NCBI GenBank assembly: GCA_002269645.1
Contig: NIVC01002493.1
Location: 1 to 64,000, forward strand
Origin: Macrostomum lignano
Taxonomy: Eukaryota
Direction: 5' to 3'
DNA length: 64,000 nt
The notes below the pieces were generated by a model that saw nothing but the letters and a program-made list of their open reading frames with translations, made no database searches and was not told the DNA's origin. Shown piece by piece: positions 60,500-64,000 of the stretch. The position numbers and the translations under genes are program-made. Position 1 is the stretch's first letter, and each line of letters begins with the position of its first letter.

Positions 60500-61135
60500 G
60501 TTTTTTGGGATATCTGATGAAGGGCCTGAAGGTTTTTTGGGGTATCTGCTGATATGGATCAAGGATTATTGGGATATCTGATGAAGAGCCTGGAGGATTA
60601 TAGTAGGAATATCTGATAAAGAGCCTGATGGTTTTCGGGATATCTGATGGAAGGGCCTGAAGGTTTTTTGGATATCTGATGGAAGGGCCTGAAGGTTTTT
60701 TGGATATCTGATGAAGGGCCTGAAGGTTTTTTGGGATATCTGATGAAGGGCCTGAAGGTTTTTTGGGATATCTGATGAAGAGCCTGAAGGTTTTTGGGAT
60801 ATCTAATGAAGAGCCTGAAGGTTTTTTGGGATATCTGATGAAGGGCCTGAAGGTTTTTTGGGATATCTGATGAAGAGCCTGAAGGATTATTAAGATATCT
60901 GATGAAGAGCCTGAAGGATTATTAAGATATCTGATGAAGAGCCTGAAGGATTATTAAGATATCTGATGAAGAGCCTGGAGAATTATGGGAATATCTGATG
61001 AAGAGCCTGAAAGATTATTGGGATATCTGATGAAGAGCCTAGAGAATTATGGGGATATTTGATGAAGAGCCTGAGTATTTTTGGGATATCTGATGAAGAG
61101 CCTGAAGGATTATTGGGATATCTGATGAAGAGCCT
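60500..61135. repeat. About 30-bp minisatellite (GGGATATCTGATGAAGAGCCTGAAGGATTATT)
   Basis: Downstream of the TMEM179 stop. Confidence 0.94.
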
Positions 61136-61894
61136 GGGGCTCAACTAAAAGACATGAAGGTGCCCGTCAGTTCAGTTTGAGTTAGGGGCGAATTTTTTTA
61201 AATTTTTAACATTTTTGCAACGTATTTGTTGAATGCCTAATTGATGGCTTAAGGAATCACTTTCCAGATTTACTAGACTTTTTGTACTTTTTCAATAGTT
61301 GATGGTCTATAAATCCTGTCTCAGTACAATATTAAATACAGCTACAGGAATGAAATCAGCTCATTCACATACGCCCGGCAATAAACTTCATGTCAGCTTG
61401 ATAAAAAACAATTAAAGGCAAATTTTTCGTCCGGTTCAGCTACTTCAAGTAGGCATATTTGTATTTTTCTTTCATAATCTGCCAAGACTTCGTAAAAAAT
61501 TCTCCCAATATGAGTTTTGTTTATAAATGTAAATATTTTGGTTTCCTCTTGTGTTTTGAATAACATTTATTCATCTTTATATTTCGATCTCATCCAGAGG
61601 TATGTCTTTTGCTGTATAATGTTACAGCTGGTAATAGTTCTTCCAATAGTTATACATAATTTTGTTATAATATACTACATACATTATATAACATTATACA
61701 GAGCACTGAAATATTTTGAATGCTTAATCTCGGCCTCTGTGGTATGCTTGCCAATTAGATTAATACTAAAAATGTTTTGTTACAACTTGTTTATAATATA
61801 AATTTCAATAAAAATTTGCAGACTGCAGTTTTAAATGACTGTCTGTATTGCGATTTTTCTCGCTTATTTATTAGAGATTTCTCGGTTAGTTAAA

Positions 61895-62330
61895 GGGGAA
61901 TTTCTTGCATAGCTAATAGGGAATTTCTTGCTTAGCTAATAGGGAATTTCTTGCTTAGCTAATGGGGAACTTCCTGCTTAGCTAATGGGGAACTTCTTGC
62001 TTAGCTAATGGGGAATTTCTTAGCTAATGGGGAATTTCTTGCTTAGCTAATAGGGAACTTCTTGCTTAGCTAATGGGGAATTTCTTGCTTAGCATCTCTT
62101 GATAGGCTAATAGAAAATTATCGATTGTTCAGAAAGTTTATCTTTCGGTTATTGGGGAATTTTTCTTTCGGTTATTAGTGAATTTTTATTGATTGAGAGG
62201 GGAATTTCTCTCTTGGTTATTCGGGAATTTTTAAATGGTTGAGAGTGGAATTTTTCTCTCAGTTATTGGGGAATTTTTCGTTTAGTTGAGGGGTATTTCT
62301 CTCGGCTAATAGGGAATTTTTTAATTGGTT
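61895..62330. repeat. 22-bp minisatellite (GGGAATTTCTTGCTTAGCTAAT) with degenerate continuation
   Basis: Clear units at 61895-62095, decayed units to about 62330. Confidence 0.85.
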
Positions 62331-62477
62331 CAGAGGGGAATTTCTCGCCTCTTCACCCTAATTATCAGAAGCCGTGAACTGTGAGTTCTTTCTATAAAGA
62401 CGCCGTCCACTTGATTGACTTTTCCAGTCAAAGGCACCGCACAGAGAGCGCTTGCTAAACTAATTGTTGCTGTTGTC

Positions 62478-62861
62478 ATGACAACGCAAGGTGGCGGCGC
62501 TTCTACTGCTAGGCGATCGCCTCGAGCCCGACTTCGCTCGGCGACGTCGTCCAGGCCGGCCAGCGGCGACAGCGGCGTCGTCAGCGGCAGCGGCGGCAGC
62601 CTCAGCCATCGCCATCAGCAGCAGCCGCCGCCGCCTCAGTCCGATCTGGAACTCCTGGCAGACTCTGAGCGGCAGATCTGCCGCCTGCTGACCAATCAGA
62701 ACCCGGCTAGCCGGTCCAGCTTGAACCTCAGCTACCGCCGCCTCACCATCCTGCCGCCCAGTCTGGCTAGGCTGGGTCAGGACCTGCGCCGGCTCTACCT
62801 GAATAACAACCGGCTGGTGGCACCGCCAAGCGAGATTGGCGACCTCCTGCCGGAGCTGCAG
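62478..62861 (+). CDS. Leucine-rich-repeat protein, first coding exon (gene continues beyond)
   Basis: GC-rich ORF with a low-complexity N-terminus, then LNLSYRRLTILPPSL and LRRLYLNNNRLVAPPSEIG (LxxLxLxxNxL). Ends at donor CAG|gtctgt. Confidence 0.8.
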
Positions 62862-62874
62862 GTCTGTTGGGCTT

Positions 62875-63290
62875 GCGTGTCTTAATGTTTGTCTGTCTTA
62901 ATGTCTGCCTGTCTGCGTGTCTTAATGTCTGTCTGTCTTAATGTCTGCCTGTCTGCGTGTCTTAATGTCTGTCTGTCTTTATGTCTGCCTGTCTGCGTGT
63001 CTTAATGTCTGTCTGTCTTAATGTCTGCCTGTCTGCGTGTCTTAATGTCTGTCTGTCTTAATGTCTGCGTGTCTTTATGTCTGTCTGTCTTAATGTCTGT
63101 CTGTCTGCCTGCCTGCGTGGCTTAATGTATGTCTGTCCTAATGTCTGTCTGTCTTAATGTTTGCCTGTCTGCGTGTCTTAATGTGTGTCTGTCTGCGTGT
63201 CTTAATGTCTGTCTGTCTTAATTTCTGCCGGTCTGCCTGACTTAATGTCTGTCTGCTTGTCGTAATTTCTGTGTCTGCCTGTCTTTATGG
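62875..63290. repeat. 16/20-bp repeat (GTCTTAATGTCTGTCT[GCGT]) at the start of LRR intron 1
   Basis: Begins about 15 bp after the donor. Confidence 0.92.
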
Positions 63291-64000
63291 CTGCCTGTTG
63301 TCTGTCTGTCTTCGCGTCTTAGTGTCCGCTTTTCTACGTGCCCTAATGTTTGTGTAATTGTCTTGTCTAACTCGGCCAATCAGTCTATTTCGGTGTTATT
63401 GTCAGTCCATCTGTCCCTCCTTTTTTCTTTTATCTCCTCTGTATCAATAAAATTGTCTTTTTAAAACTATCGGAGCAGATTTTTCCTGCATGTCCGTGTA
63501 GCCTACTGTAAGTAGAAACATCAGAAATAGGAAATTTTTCACAAGTTGCTGAATTAATCGTAAAAATAGTATTAATTAGAAGGTATTATTTGAATCGATG
63601 TTTTATAACTACAAGCGTGTATAATTAATTCTCTTATCAGTAGTTTTCGTGTTTAAACAAAAAGGCAGGATGGCGCTAGCGGTACGTGGGAGGGTTGCCC
63701 TATGGGGTGCAACTAAAGGATTCTGTTTCAGTTTATTCAATTCGAAGTAACCGCTTGGCTTTGCCTGCCCCGCTGCTCACCCACTTTTTAACTACTATAA
63801 ATATAGCAATTGCATTTCCAGCCTGGCAATTGCGAGATTTGTCTATTTTACTCGCATAAATTTAACGCCGCGGCTAGTTAGTCTACTGAAAGTAGAAATA
63901 TAAAACTTTAATGCGTATTTTTAATATATGCGCAACTAAAAATGCAGAGGTAAAAATATAAAAGTGGATTAAATTATTTTAAAAGCCTACTTTTTACAGT

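Noticed and set aside
61895-62095. NF-kB-like sites (GGGAATTTC) upstream of the LRR gene
   Set aside because: They lack the terminal CC of the consensus and are simply the satellite unit.

Overview
Animal (invertebrate-like) genomic DNA with spliced genes, in which most introns and intergenic gaps are filled with tandem repeats (about 40 micro/minisatellite arrays, mostly 15-55 bp units). This style resembles the flatworm Macrostomum, but the species cannot be established from the window alone. Most ORFs in the supplied track are repeat artefacts. Exon-by-exon reading gave six genes. (1) A minus-strand neuregulin/vein-like Ig-EGF-TM ligand, core exons 1867-10340, 5' end unresolved. (2) DNAJC8/SPF31 (minus, 39343-47585), head-to-head with (3) pinin (plus, 48288-54051). 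These are followed on the plus strand by (4) TBCC (55894-57158), (5) TMEM179 (58209-60398) and (6) the first coding exon of an LRR gene (62478-62861). Other supported elements: a tRNA-derived CORE-type SINE, a long-TIR MITE just after the pinin stop, a Helitron-like 3' end and a degenerate 28S rRNA fragment spanning the R2/I-PpoI site. The most interesting leads are the hidden EGFR ligand, the 28S fragment, a TTTGGCGC (E2F-like) core shared by otherwise unrelated arrays, a possible trans-spliced operon, and arrays built from splice-acceptor sequences. All alignments and translations were done by eye; no database searches were run.
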